Part shown: positions 52,425 through 64,000 of the stretch, piece by piece
How the letters are laid out: every line of letters begins with the position of its first letter
How positions within the stretch are numbered: position 1 is the first letter of the stretch
Assembly: GCF_006345805.1 (NCBI RefSeq)
Contig: NC_043005.1
Location: 103,664,001-103,728,000, forward strand
Direction of reading: 5' to 3'
Source: Octopus sinensis
Lineage: Eukaryota
Length of the DNA: 64,000 nt
Translations under genes and position numbers: made by a program
The notes under the pieces: generated by a model
Seen by the model: the letters and a program-made list of their open reading frames with translations, nothing else
Databases searched by the model: none
What the model was told of the DNA's origin: nothing

Positions 52425-53334
52425 GAAATAGTAGCAAATGTATGTATACGAATATTTGACACAACAAAGGACTGCATTTTACCGGCAGAGGGACAAGTGG
52501 GTCTACCTCTTCCACAGGTTCCCATCATCAAAATCAATATATAATAGATACATATTTTGTCAATACTGAAAAGATGAAGAGGAAAACTAAGGTTTAGAGG
52601 AATTTGAGCTTCAAATGCGATGAAACTAAATACCTATTTCTTTACTACCAACAAGGGACTAAACATAGAGAGGACAAACAAGGACAGACAAACAGATTAA
52701 GTCGATTACATCGACCTCCAGTGCATAACTGGTACTTAATTTAACAACCCTGAAAGGATGAAAGGCAAAGTCGACCTCGGCGGAATTTGAACTCAGAACG
52801 TAGTGGCAGACGAAATACCTATTTCTTTACTACCCACAAGGGGCTAAACACAGAGAGGACAAACAAGGACAGACAAACGGATTAAGTCGATTACATCGAC
52901 CCCAGGGCGTAACTGGTACTTAATTAATCGACCCTGAAAGGATGAAAGGCAAAGTCGACCTCGGCGGAATTTGAACTCAGAACGTAGCGGCAGGCATTTC
53001 TCCCGGCGCGCTAACGTTTCTGCCAGCTCGCCCATGAAACTAAGTACCGTGCAACATGAAGGGAGCATCTCACTCATTCCAACCACTCGAACCAAAGACA
53101 GCTTAACAAAAATGTTATTCTGCTACAGTACAACAATAACGGTAATGAATGCATCAACAAATCTCAGTGGACTGGAATACATTTTCATGTTTTTTTTTCA
53201 TAGCAAAACAGAAAAAGAGTATGGCTGGACTTGAACCTACAATCTCAGTGGACAGAATACATTTGCTGTCCCCTCAGCAAAATATACCAGTAATTAATTT
53301 AATATATCAGTCAGCTGCCTGACAAATACTACAA

Positions 53335-53786
53335 ATAGGAGACCTATTGAGTCAAGTACATGAACATCGAAATAAATATCAAATGGAAATGGTAGTTGTG
53401 ATACCTGTGCCGGTGGCACGTAAAAAGCATCATCCGAACGTGGCTGATGCCAGCGCTGCCTTGACTGGCTTCTGTGCCGGTGGCATGTACAAAGCATCAA
53501 CCGATTGTGGCCGCTGCCAGCCTCCCCTGGCACCTGTGCCGGTGGCACATAAAAAGCACCATCCGAACATGGCCGCTGGCAGCCTCCCCTGGCACCTGTG
53601 CAGGTGGCACGTAAAAAGCACCCACTACACTCACGGAGTGGTTGGCGTTAGGAAGGGCATCCAGCTGTAGAAACACTACCAGATCAGACTGGAGCCTGGT
53701 GGAGCCTCCTGGCTTCCCAGACCCCGGTCAAACCGTCCAACCCATGCTAGCACGAAAAACGGACGTAAAACGATGATGATGATGAT
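53335..53786 (+). mobile_element. RTE-derived 3' UTR repeat with tandem ~60-bp units
   Basis: Four GTGGCACGTAAAAAGCA units, then the (GAT)n tail. Confidence 0.75.
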
Positions 53787-54087
53787 ATAAGTTTAGTGAA
53801 CATAATAGTTAATGTCTCTGATTTCATTCCATTGTTTAATAGTTAATTGTATTACAAATAATATGTGGTGTGCATCGTAGATTGTCATTGATTTTGTTCC
53901 ATAGTCAAAGCTTTACATACGTCGGCCATAACAGAAATAATAGAAAAGATCACAAAGTTAGTTTATTTTACTATGCCTTTGTGAATTCTTGATTATTTCC
54001 AAAGTTAATTAAAACACATAATTAGTGTGTTTCATTAGAAGTACAGGAAGGAAAAGATTAAAGGAAAGGGAAAAAAAAAGTACTTAC

Positions 54088-54153
54088 AGTTATTTCCACC
54101 TTCATCTGCTGATTCATCTGTACCAGATGAAGATATAGTTATGGGGTCATCAC
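54088..54153 (-). CDS. Internal 66-nt exon of an unidentified large gene (xDDPITISSSGTDESADEGGNNx)
   Basis: Acceptor TTATTTCAG, donor GTAAGT, length divisible by 3, and only the phase-1 frame is open. Confidence 0.55.
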
Positions 54154-54416
54154 CTGAAATAATAATGGTCATGAGATGAAAAATCATTTAAACTGATGAA
54201 CTAATTAATACTGTACATCAGCCTTTCCAAAGTTTATTCTGAGGTATTACTTTACTGATAGAGGCCTTACTTGGCATCATCCCTTTTTTAGTCACCACTT
54301 ACACCATTGAGGGACATGGCATGTCGTTTTTATCACTGAGATACAGATGAAAATGTAATTCAAATAGAAAAATGGTTTATTAATACACAAAAATTGTTAT
54401 AACTCTTGCTGTTATT

Positions 54417-57400
54417 TAACTCCAGATCATCAGACCCTAATTGGGTAGGTCTTTAAACTCCAGATCATCAGACCCTAATTGGGTAGGTCTTTAAACTCCA
54501 GATCATCAGACCCTAATTGGGTAGGTCTTTAAACTCCAGATCATCAGACCCTAATTGGGTAGGTCTTTAAACTCCAGATCATCAGACCCTAATTGAGTAG
54601 GTCTTTAAACTCCAGATCATCAGACCCTAATTGAGTAGGTCTTTAAACTCCAGATCATCAGACCCTAATTGGGCAGGTCTTTAAACTCCAGATCATCAGA
54701 CCCTAATTGAGTAGGTCTTTAAACTCCAGATCATCAGACCCTAATTGAGTAGGTCTTTAAACTCCAGATCATCAGACCCTAATTGAGTACGTCTTTAAAC
54801 TCCAGATCATCAGACCCTAATTGAGTAGTTCTTTAAACTCCAGATCATCAGACCCTAATTGAGTAGGTCTTTAAACTTCAGATCATCAGACCCTAATTGG
54901 GCAGGTCTTTAAACTCCAGATCATCAGACCTAATTGAGTAGGTCTTTAAACTCCAGATCATCAGACCCTAATGGGCAGGTCTTTAAACTCCAGATCATCA
55001 GACCCTAATTGAGTAGGTCTTTAAACTCCAGATCATCAGACCCTAATTGAGTAGGTCTTTAAACTCCAGATCATCAGACCCTAATTGAGTAGGTCTTTAA
55101 ACTCCAGATCATCAGACCCTAATTGGGCAGGTCTTTAAACTCCAGATCATCAGACCCTAATTGAGTAGGTCTTTAAACTCCAGATCATCAGACCCTAATT
55201 GGGCAGGTCTTTAAACTCCAGATCATCAGACCCTAATTGAGTAGGTCTTTAAACTCCAGATCATCAGACCCTAATTGAGTAGGTCTTTAAACTCCAGATC
55301 ATCAGACCCTAATTGAGTAGGTCTTTAAACTCCAGATCATCAGACCCTAATGGGTAGGTCTTTAAACCCAGATCATCAGACCCTAATTGAGTAGGTCTTT
55401 AAACTCCAGATCATCAACCCTAATTGGGCAGGTCTTTAAACTCCAGATCATCAGACCCTAATTTAGTAGGTCTTTAAACTCCAGATCATCAGACCCTAAT
55501 TGAGTAGGTCTTTAAACTCCAGATCATCAGACCCTAATTGAGTAGGTCTTTAAACTCCAGATCATCAGACCCTAATTGGGCAGGTCTTTAAACTCCAGAT
55601 CATCAGACCCTAATTGAGTAGGTCTTTAAACTCCAGATCATCAGACCCTAATTGAGTAGGTCTTTAAACTCCAGATCATCAGACCCTAATTGGGCAGGTC
55701 TTTAAACTCCAGATCATCAGACCCTAATTGAGTAGGTCTTTAAACTCCAGATCATCAGACCCTAATTGAGTAGGTCTTTAAACTCCAGATCATCAGACCC
55801 TAATTGAGTAGGTCTTTAAACTCCAGATCATCAGACCCTAATTGGGTAGGTCTTTAAACTCCAGATCATCAGACCCTAATTGGGCAACTCTTTAAACTCC
55901 AGATCATCAGACCCTAATTGAGTAGGTCTTTAAACTCCAGATCATCAGACCCTAATTGGGCAGGTCTTTAAACTCCAGATCATCAGACCCTAATTGAGTA
56001 GGTCTTTAAACTCCAGATCATCAGACCCTAATTGGGCAACTCTTTAAACTCCAGATCATCAGACCCTAATTGAGTAGGTCTTTAAACTCCAGATCATCAG
56101 ACCCTAATTGAGTAGGTCTTTAAACTCCAGATCATCAGACCCTAATTGGGCAGGTCTTTAAACTCCAGATCATCAGACCCTAATTGAGTAGGTCTTTAAC
56201 TCCAGATCATCAGACCCTAATTGAGTAGGTCTTTAAACTCCAGATCATCAGACCCTAATGGGTAGGTCTTTAAACTCCAGATCATCAGACCCTAATTGGG
56301 TAGGTCTTTAAACTCCAGATCATCAGACCCTAATTGGGCAACTCTTTAAACTCCAGATCATCAGACCCTAATTGAGTAGGTCTTTAAACTCCAGATCATC
56401 AGACCCTAATTGAGTAGGTCTTTAAACTCCAGATCATCAGACCCTAATTGAGTAGGTCTTTAAACTCCAGATCATCAGACCCTAATTGGGCAGGTCTTTA
56501 AACTCCAGATCATCAGACCCTAATTGAGTAGGTCTTTAAACTCCAGATCATCAGACCCTAATTGGGCAACTCTTTAAACTCCAGATCATCAGACCCTAAT
56601 TGAGTAGGTCTTTAAACTCCAGATCATCAGACCCTAATTGAGTAGGTCTTTAAACTCCAGATCATCAGACCCTAATTGGGCAGGTCTTTAAACTCCAGAT
56701 CATCAGACCCTAATTGAGTAGGTCTTTAAACTCCAGATCATCAGACCCTAATTGAGTAGGTCTTTAAACTCCAGATCATCAGACCCTAATTGAGTAGGTC
56801 TTTAAACTCCAGATCATCAGACCCTAATTGAGTAGGTCTTTAAACTCCAGATCATCAGACCCTAATTGAGTAGGTCTTTAAACTCCAGATCATCAGACCC
56901 TAATTGAGTAGGTCTTTAAACTCCAGATCATCAGACCCTAATTGAGTAGGTCTTTAAACTCCAGATCATCAGACCCTAATTGGGCAGGTCTTTAAACTCC
57001 AGATCATCAGACCCTAATTGAGTAGGTCTTTAAACTCCAGATCATCAGACCCTAATTGAGTAGGTCTTTAAACTCCAGATCATCAGACCCTAATTGAGTA
57101 GGTCTTTAAACTCCAGATCATCAGACCCTAATTGGGCAGGTCTTTAAACTCCAGATCATCAGACCCTAATTGGGCAGGTCTTTAAACTCCAGATCATCAG
57201 ACCCTGATTGGGTAGTTCTTTAAACTCCAGATCATCAGACCCTAATTGAGTAGGTCTTTAAACTCCAGATCATCAGACCCTAATTGAGTAGGTCTTTAAA
57301 CTCCAGATCATCAGACCCTGATTGGGTAGGTCTTTAAACTCCAGATCATCAGACCCTAATTGAGTAGGTCTTTAAACTCCGGATCATCAAACCCTAATTG

Positions 57401-57472
57401 GGTAGGTATTTAAACTCCAGATCATCAGACCCTAATTGGGTAGATCTTTAAACTCCAGATCATGGGTAGGTC
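54417..57472. repeat. 38-bp tandem satellite, ~80 copies
   Basis: Unit TAAACTCCAGATCATCAGACCCTAATTGAGTAGGTCTT. Variants are confined mainly to GAGT/GGGT/GGGC and GGGCAACTCT. Confidence 0.97.
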
Positions 57473-58495
57473 CTTAATCGTATGTTTCTTTCATGACCAT
57501 TCCGTCTTGTTTTCAGTTTTAATATGCCTTACACTATTCTAACCAATGTATGTTTCCTTTTCTAGGATTTGATGAATATTCTGGTGCTAATTCCAGAAGG
57601 CTGTACAACCATATAGACCTTACCTCATTGGCTCATATTGGAGTTTGCTGGTATTCACTTGACTAGGAACCGCACCTGTTTTTTGTTCATATTCCCCAAA
57701 GATTTCTAATCTCCCCCTCTCTCTCTCTCTCTCTCTCTCATACACACAGAGTTTTTTTATATACACAATAGAGAAAGACTACTCAACACATGGATTACAA
57801 TATATTTATTCAGTTATATCAGGCTATTCCATATTTAACATTGTGTGTGTGGTTTGTATTGGAGGTGATGGAGTGGATAGCGTGGGTGTGTGTTTGTGTA
57901 CATGCATTCATGTAAGTGTTTTTATGTGTAAGAAATATGGTCATTTAATTTAAATGATGCCCATCTATAAGGGGAGATGAACTAAGCCAGAGGTCAATGA
58001 CCATCTATCAAAGCCATAAATGCAATGCAACCCCACCAAGGATTTTGAGTGTAACATTCCTGACTCTCTTGGCAGCCCCTACATCTGGCTGTCTCTTTCA
58101 GACATATTAGCTTAGCCTTTCTTACCAGCCAAAGAGACCCAGGCCACAGAAACCTTCGGTAAGAGTGCGAGGGTCTCGGAAAATGGCTTAAAGTGTTTGT
58201 TTTGTTCTCATTTTGTATGTGTGCAGTCACACACACACACACACAAATATATATGATCTGAAATTGTTTGCTTAGGGGCCTTTTTGCCCTTGTTAGTCAA
58301 TAGATAAGTGCTTTTGTAACAGAGAATGTTCCGTCTGTGGCTAAAAATTATTTTAACACTTATTTCTAGCAATGCTGGTGCTTACTTGCACCCTTAGTCA
58401 CTTTTAATGACATCTGTACTTGTACTTGTACCATTTGGTTTTGAATTGCGACTAGCCCCTTTAATAATATATATGTGTGTGAGTGTATATATATA

Positions 58496-58945
58496 TCATC
58501 ATCATCATCGTCGTTTAGCTTCCGCTTTCCATGCTGGCATGGGTTGGACGGTGCAACTGGGGTTTGTGAAGCCAGAAGGCTGCACCAGGCCCAGTCTGAT
58601 CTGGCAATGTTTCTACGGATGGATGCCCTTCCTAACACCAACCACTCCATGAGTGTAGTGGGTGCTATTTACGTGCCATTTGCACAGGTGCCAGACAAGT
58701 CTGGCAAACGGCCACGGTCGGATGGTGCTTTTTACGTGCCACCGGCACGGAGCCCAGGCAAGGCTGGCAACGGCCACGATCGGATGGTGCTTTTTACGTG
58801 CCACCGGCACGGAAGCCAGTCAGGGCGGCACTGGCAACGGCCACGTTCGGATGGTTCTCTTATGTACCACCAGCACTGATATCCCAGCGACAATTTCCAT
58901 TCATGTTGATCAATTTTGATTTTTGATTTTTTTCATTTTTGATTT
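58496..58945 (-). mobile_element. RTE-derived 3' UTR repeat
   Basis: Reverse complement of the 53.3-kb copy. Another copy lies at 59680-59973 (+). Confidence 0.75.
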
Positions 58946-59342
58946 TATATATATATATTTATATATATAATATATATATATATAGATATAGATATATATA
59001 TAAAACTTAAAAGATGACCTCAAAGTTTCACTAAAGGTATTTTTTTTCTAAATACAAAGCACTTTTGCAAAGCCAAAGACCACGTCTGTCAAAATACTGA
59101 AGTGAGTGTCATGTCTAAATAAATTGAAAATAAATTTTATTCAACATATTGACTCCTTTATCCTACAGAAGCATTATGTGTCTGCACATTTCCTTCTTAC
59201 ATCTAACAGCACCATCATTTAAATGGTCATTTTTCAGACATTCAATGATGATGATGATGATAATAATAGATGTAAGACGCAAATGTACAGACATGTAATA
59301 CATCTGTAGAATAAAGTATATTATTTTACACACATACATACA

Positions 59343-59676
59343 TAGTTAGTTAGTCAGTTAACTTTTTGGCTCAAAAAGCAAAAAGCAAGGCCATGTAGAG
59401 GGACATGGATTTATGTACAGGGTGGTGTTCATGTAAAGAGTTCAGGCCACTTGTGGTCAAGGGAGACTTTGAACCAAGCGGTCGTCGGCATCTTCACCAT
59501 CTCGTCCGGCAGCTTATTCCACGGATCCGCAACCCGGACGTAGAAAGCCCCTCTCCTTCGATTGAGATGAAATCGTCGCAGATAGAGCTTTTCAGAATGA
59601 CCCCGCAGCCGTCGCTCTGGAGCAGGAGTGAAGAACAGCTCTTTTGAGAGGTTACACTTTCCGCTTATATACATTC
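59343..59676 (-). mobile_element. CR1/L2-group LINE 3' end
   Basis: ELFFTPAPERRLRGHSEKL...RRRGAFYVRVADPWNKLPDEMV, a typical ORF2 C-terminus, followed by a (TAAC)n-like tail. Confidence 0.8.
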
Positions 59677-60044
59677 AAGTAAGGTCATTGCAAGTGCCAC
59701 TGGACTGGCTCCTGTGCAGGTGGCACATGAAAAGCACCATTTGAGCATGACCGTTGCCAGTACCGCCTGACTGGCCCTCATGCCGGTGGCACATAAAAGA
59801 GCCTACTACACTCTCGGAGTGGTTGGTGTTAGGAAGGGCATCCAGCTGTAGAAACTATGCCAGATCAGATCGGAGCCTGGCGCAGCCATCTGGTTCGCCA
59901 GACCTCAGTCAAATCGTCCAGCCCATGCTAGCATGGAAAGTGAGCGTTAAACGATGATGATGATGATGATGATACATATATATAGTAACACAAAGGGAGA
60001 AATTTCGATTATCCCATGTGGTGAGTTGTAATGCAAAAAATATA

Positions 60045-60349
60045 TCTTTATATATAAAATTGAAGTCGTGTGTGTGTCTGTCTACTCCGATTTAGATTCC
60101 TAACTACTCCCACATTTTGCGGTGCAGTTTAACCAAAAGCGGGTATCTTATAGTCGTGATTTATATCGAGGTCTTCTGGGTATTAGCGCGCATCTACGAT
60201 GAGTCTACGATTTAAAAAAAAATTTACTATCATTTTTCTGCATTTTTAATGCATTTTTCGCTCGGTTTATATAAGGGAAGTAACTCTCTAAAAATGCTTA
60301 TATAGTTATTTCCCTTACAAACCCGAGCAACGCCGGGCGATACTGCTAG
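60045..60349 (+). mobile_element. Non-autonomous Helitron (family 1)
   Basis: Same sequence as 34143-34441, running TC...CCCGAGCAACGCCGGG...CTAG. Confidence 0.8.
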
Positions 60350-61022
60350 TATATAAATAAAAGAAGGAAAATACACACAGTTTACATAGTTTTAATGTAT
60401 TTTTAAATGTAAGACACTGAACAGGTAGAAATATTAGCATGCCGGACAAAATGCTTAATGGTCTTTCGTCTGTCTTTACATTCTGAGCTCAAATTCCACA
60501 GAGGTCGACTTTGTCTTTCATCCTATCAGGGCCGATAAATTAAGTACCAATTGTGTACTGAGGTCGACCAAATTGACTGGCCCCCTCTCCAAAAATTTTA
60601 GGCCTTGTGCCTTGAGTAGAAAAGAAAAAAATATTATAAGGTGGCAACTGGCAGAAATGTTAGCATGCCAGGCAAAATCCTCAGCAGTATTTTGTCTGTC
60701 TTTATGTTCTGAGTTCAAATTCCACTGAGGTCAATTTTGCCTTTCATCCTTTCGGGGTTGATAAATTAAGTACCAGTTGCATACTAGGGTCAATCTAATC
60801 GACTGCCCCCCCCCTCCCTGCAAAATTTCAGGCCTTGTGCCTAGAGTAGAAAACAATATATTTTTTAATGTATTTTTAATATATTTCATATTGTGTTTGT
60901 CAACCAGTTTTGCTTTTGCTAATCCATGGCATTGAAACTATTATAATTTCATATTTTCTTAATTTCAATATCATGATTATTGAAAGCGAAACCAGTCGAG
61001 AAATACAAAATATATTAAAATA

Positions 61023-61535
61023 CTAGCAGTATCGCCCGGCGTTGCTCGGGTTTGTAAGGGAAATAACTATATAAGCATTTTTAGAGAGTTACTTCCCTTA
61101 TAGATGCCAATTCGGGCTTTCTTAGCCATTTCTGTTTTGGTGGCTTCAAGCCATGAAGTCGTTGTTCTAAAAGAACGCTGGTCTCCTTGACAACGCTTTA
61201 CGACGTTGATTTCCTTACACTCCCTTCCCCACAGCTTCACAAGAGAGGGAAGAAGGGGGAGAAGCAAACAGGTGCCGGTGTGACCATGGACGCCAACTCC
61301 GCCGCCATCGACACACGAAAAATTATGCATTAAAATGGAATAAAAAATGATGTTAAATTATTTTTAAAATCGTAGACTCATCGTAGACGCGCGCTAATAC
61401 TAAGACAGGCTCGATATGAATCACGACTATAAGATACCCGGTTTTGGTTAAACTGCACCGCAAAATGTGGGAGTAGTTAGGAATCTAAATCGAAGGGGAC
61501 AGACACTCACACAACTACAGTTTTATATATATAGA
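61023..61535 (-). mobile_element. Non-autonomous Helitron (family 1), longer variant
   Basis: Reverse complement of the same termini, with an extra ~220-bp internal segment (~61102-61325). Confidence 0.8.
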
Positions 61536-61581
61536 TATATTAAAACTATGTCAAGTTTGTGCATTTTCCTTTTTTTCATTT

Positions 61582-61616
<35 letters not shown>

Positions 61617-61620
<4 letters not shown>

Positions 61621-62910
61621 AGTTGAGTGAAAAGTAAGCAATGTTTTGAACCATGAAGAATGTGCACCAGTTATGTGCAGCGTCTTGAATTGTTTTTAAA
61701 CAATTTTTTGGAATTGTCTGATAATACAGACATAGACTTGCCTGAATGCATCAATAAATTAACATTGATGTTTTTCCCACCATTGTTACAATCATCTGAA
61801 ATGGAACTGTCAAAGTGTGATATTCAAGCAATTTTGCTATTCAACTTCAAAAAAGAATGTAAAGCAGTAGAAACTGCTCATGATATCAATGAAACATTTG
61901 GTGAGGAAATGACCAGTGAGTGGTCAGCTCGAATATGGTTTAAATGATATCACAGTGGAGACCTGAGCCTTGTAGATCGTGAGCATAGTGGACACCCATC
62001 TGTCATCAATGACGGTCAATTAAAGACCATCATTGAGAAAGATCGATGTAAAACCATTTGAGAACTGGCAAAAGAACTTCAATTTATCCAGAAAACTGCC
62101 AGCAACCATCTGCATGTGATCGGAAAATCAAAAAATGCACAACAAATGGATACCACACGATTTGAATGAAAATCAGAAAATACAGAGATATGAAATTTGC
62201 TCATTGCTTCTTCTCTGTAACTAAACCAATCCATTTCCTGACCGTATTGTAACTTGGGATGAAAAATGGATTCTTTACAATAATATAAAATATTCTTCGC
62301 AGTGGTTGGACCAAAATGAAGCACCGGAAACCTTCCCTAAACCCAAGCTCTTCAAAACGAAGGTTAAGGTGACTGTCTGGTGGTGTACTGCTGGATTCAT
62401 CTACTATAGCTTCTTAAAACCTAGAAAAAAACCATTACTGCACAAACTCATTGCCATGGAATTGCCAAAATGAACAAAAAACTGCAACTCCTCTGTCCCA
62501 CACTGGTAAACAGAAGAGGGCCAGTCATTCTTCATGACAATGCTCGACCACACGCTTCATTAATGATGCTCCAGAAGTTGAGGGAACTTGGCTATGAAGT
62601 TCTTCTCCACCCAGCTTATTCACCAGACCTCTCTCATACCGACTACCACTCTTTCAAGTATCTTGATATTTTCCTGCAAGAAAAGGAGTTCAAAAATCAA
62701 ACCGATGCTGAAAGTACATACAAAGTGTTCATCTCCTCCAGAACTCCAGGTTTGTATGTTACCGGAATAAACAAACTTGTAACTCAGCAAAAAATGTGTT
62801 GATTGCAATGGTTCTTACTTTGATGAATAAAATTTCTGAATTGTTGAAATATATTGCGATGAATTTCATGTTTCAAAACACTGCTTACTTTTTACACACA
62901 CAGTTCAGTA
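61617..62910 (+). mobile_element. Mariner (DD34D) DNA transposon, full-length but degraded
   Basis: Terminal inverted repeats AAAAGTAAGCAATGTTTTGAACCATGAA / TTCATGTTTCAAAACACTGCTTACTTTT, a TA-rich left flank and internal transposase motifs. Confidence 0.9.
61801..62802 (+). pseudogene. Mariner transposase pseudogene
   Basis: MELSKCDIQAILLFNFKK HTH region, WIPHDL, VTWDEKW, HDNARPH and HPAYSPDLSHTDYH, with several stops and frameshifts. Confidence 0.9.
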
Positions 62911-63599
62911 TGTCTCTTCTACTATGGCCCCAGGCTGGTCAGAACCTTGTGAGTGAATTTGGTAACCAGAAACTTAAAGAGGCTAGTCATATATACATAC
63001 AAACATACATACATGTATATGTATGTGTGTATACACACATATATTTATATTGACTTAATGTGACCCATGTATGTATGAGTGTGTGTGTGACAGAGAGATA
63101 GATAGATAGAGAGAGAGAGAGAGAAAGATAGAGTATGTGAGTCTGTCTGTGTCTTCTTGTCTTGATATCATTTAATGTTGCAAATGGATGCCATTCATTT
63201 CCAATATCCTGTGAAAACATATCTAGCCATAAGGAAATATTAGTCCCTTGGAACCAAGTAGAGGGTTGGCAACAGGAAAAGCACCCAACTATAGAAAATC
63301 TGCCTCAATACACTCCATCTAATCCATACAAGCATAGGAAAAGTGAACAGTAAAATGATGATGATGATGATGATGATATGTTAGTAGAAGATAGAATTAT
63401 AAATTTTTAAGGAATTCCAAAGAGAATGTCACAAAGTAGTTTCTGTTTAATAACCGAAGCCAGTGGTTGCCTTTACTTATAAGCGTCAACTTCATCCAAC
63501 CGTTTATCAGTCTGTTCTTTCACACATCTCTCTGTCTCTCTATCTATCTCTCTGTGTGAAGGGTCTTTGTCAAAAGAATTTGTAGTGACGCTGTTTTGG

Positions 63600-63720
63600 A
63601 AGTTTTCAGCGTGCATGCACAGAGTTGGATTACTTCTAGTAGACCGCCGGAAGTTCCTTCATGCGCATGCGCAGAGAACTGCAAACAGAAAGTTTTCCTG
63701 CTAGAGCGGTCTTTTTTGTA
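63600..63720. promoter_or_regulatory. Candidate housekeeping/bidirectional promoter
   Basis: ETS site CCGGAAGT (~63647) and a perfect NRF1 palindrome TGCGCATGCGCA (~63662) in a locally CpG-richer unique stretch. Confidence 0.55.
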
Positions 63721-64000
63721 GCTGCAGCCCTATCGAGTGGACACGACTCAACCTTTTCTCAAGGGAAAACCTAACACGTAGAGAAGCCCCCTTCTACGTG
63801 GGAACGGAGACAGCATTTTGGCTCACACAAGTTAACAATTGTGAATAGTGTTATGGACTTGGCTACTGGTTCGCCCTGAAGAAAATGTATGTGTATATAT
63901 TTTATTTGCGAATCCAGACGAAATAAAGTATTATTTATTGCTGTTGAAGATAGTCGAAGTTTTGGTTTTCCTTTCGACACAATTGAATGTAACAGGATAA

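Noticed and set aside
54417-57472. CRISPR array or tandem hammerhead/snoRNA array
   Set aside because: Units are contiguous with no unique spacers, and there are no cas genes in this eukaryotic context. CTGATGA is present but not followed by stem II plus GAAA, and there is no box C/D spacing.
57624-57675. Coding exon upstream of the 66-nt exon (donor GAG|GTAAGG)
   Set aside because: The acceptor lacks a pyrimidine tract. The only open frame ends in phase 2, which gives an immediate stop when joined to the 66-nt exon. It could still be a UTR exon.

Overview
AT-rich, microsatellite-dense animal genomic DNA. It is most likely an octopod cephalopod; this is inferred from the SINE, RTE and Helitron repeat landscape and is not verified. 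No complete protein-coding gene is visible, and almost all listed ORFs are simple-repeat artefacts. The window looks like the intronic body of a large minus-strand gene. Evidence for this is a clear 66-nt exon (54088-54153), a probable 21-nt microexon (51057-51077) and an NRF1/ETS promoter near 63.65 kb. Mobile DNA includes a degraded Naiad-type Penelope-like retroelement (RT plus GIY-YIG) with inverted pseudo-LTRs carrying hammerhead ribozymes. There are also mariner and MULE transposase relics, RTE, CR1 and R4/Dong LINE fragments, non-autonomous Helitrons, MITEs and many tRNA-derived SINEs. Four kinds of structure remain unexplained. (1) A 296-bp nearly perfect inverted duplication of a motif-rich non-coding module, with a third diverged copy nearby. 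(2) Five hammerhead-type motifs from four families, one downstream of a tRNA-like Pol III head. (3) Several long fold-back hairpins, including a pre-miRNA-like stem near the microexon. (4) An ~80-copy 38-bp hairpin satellite and a templated insertion flanked by a ~125-bp duplication.
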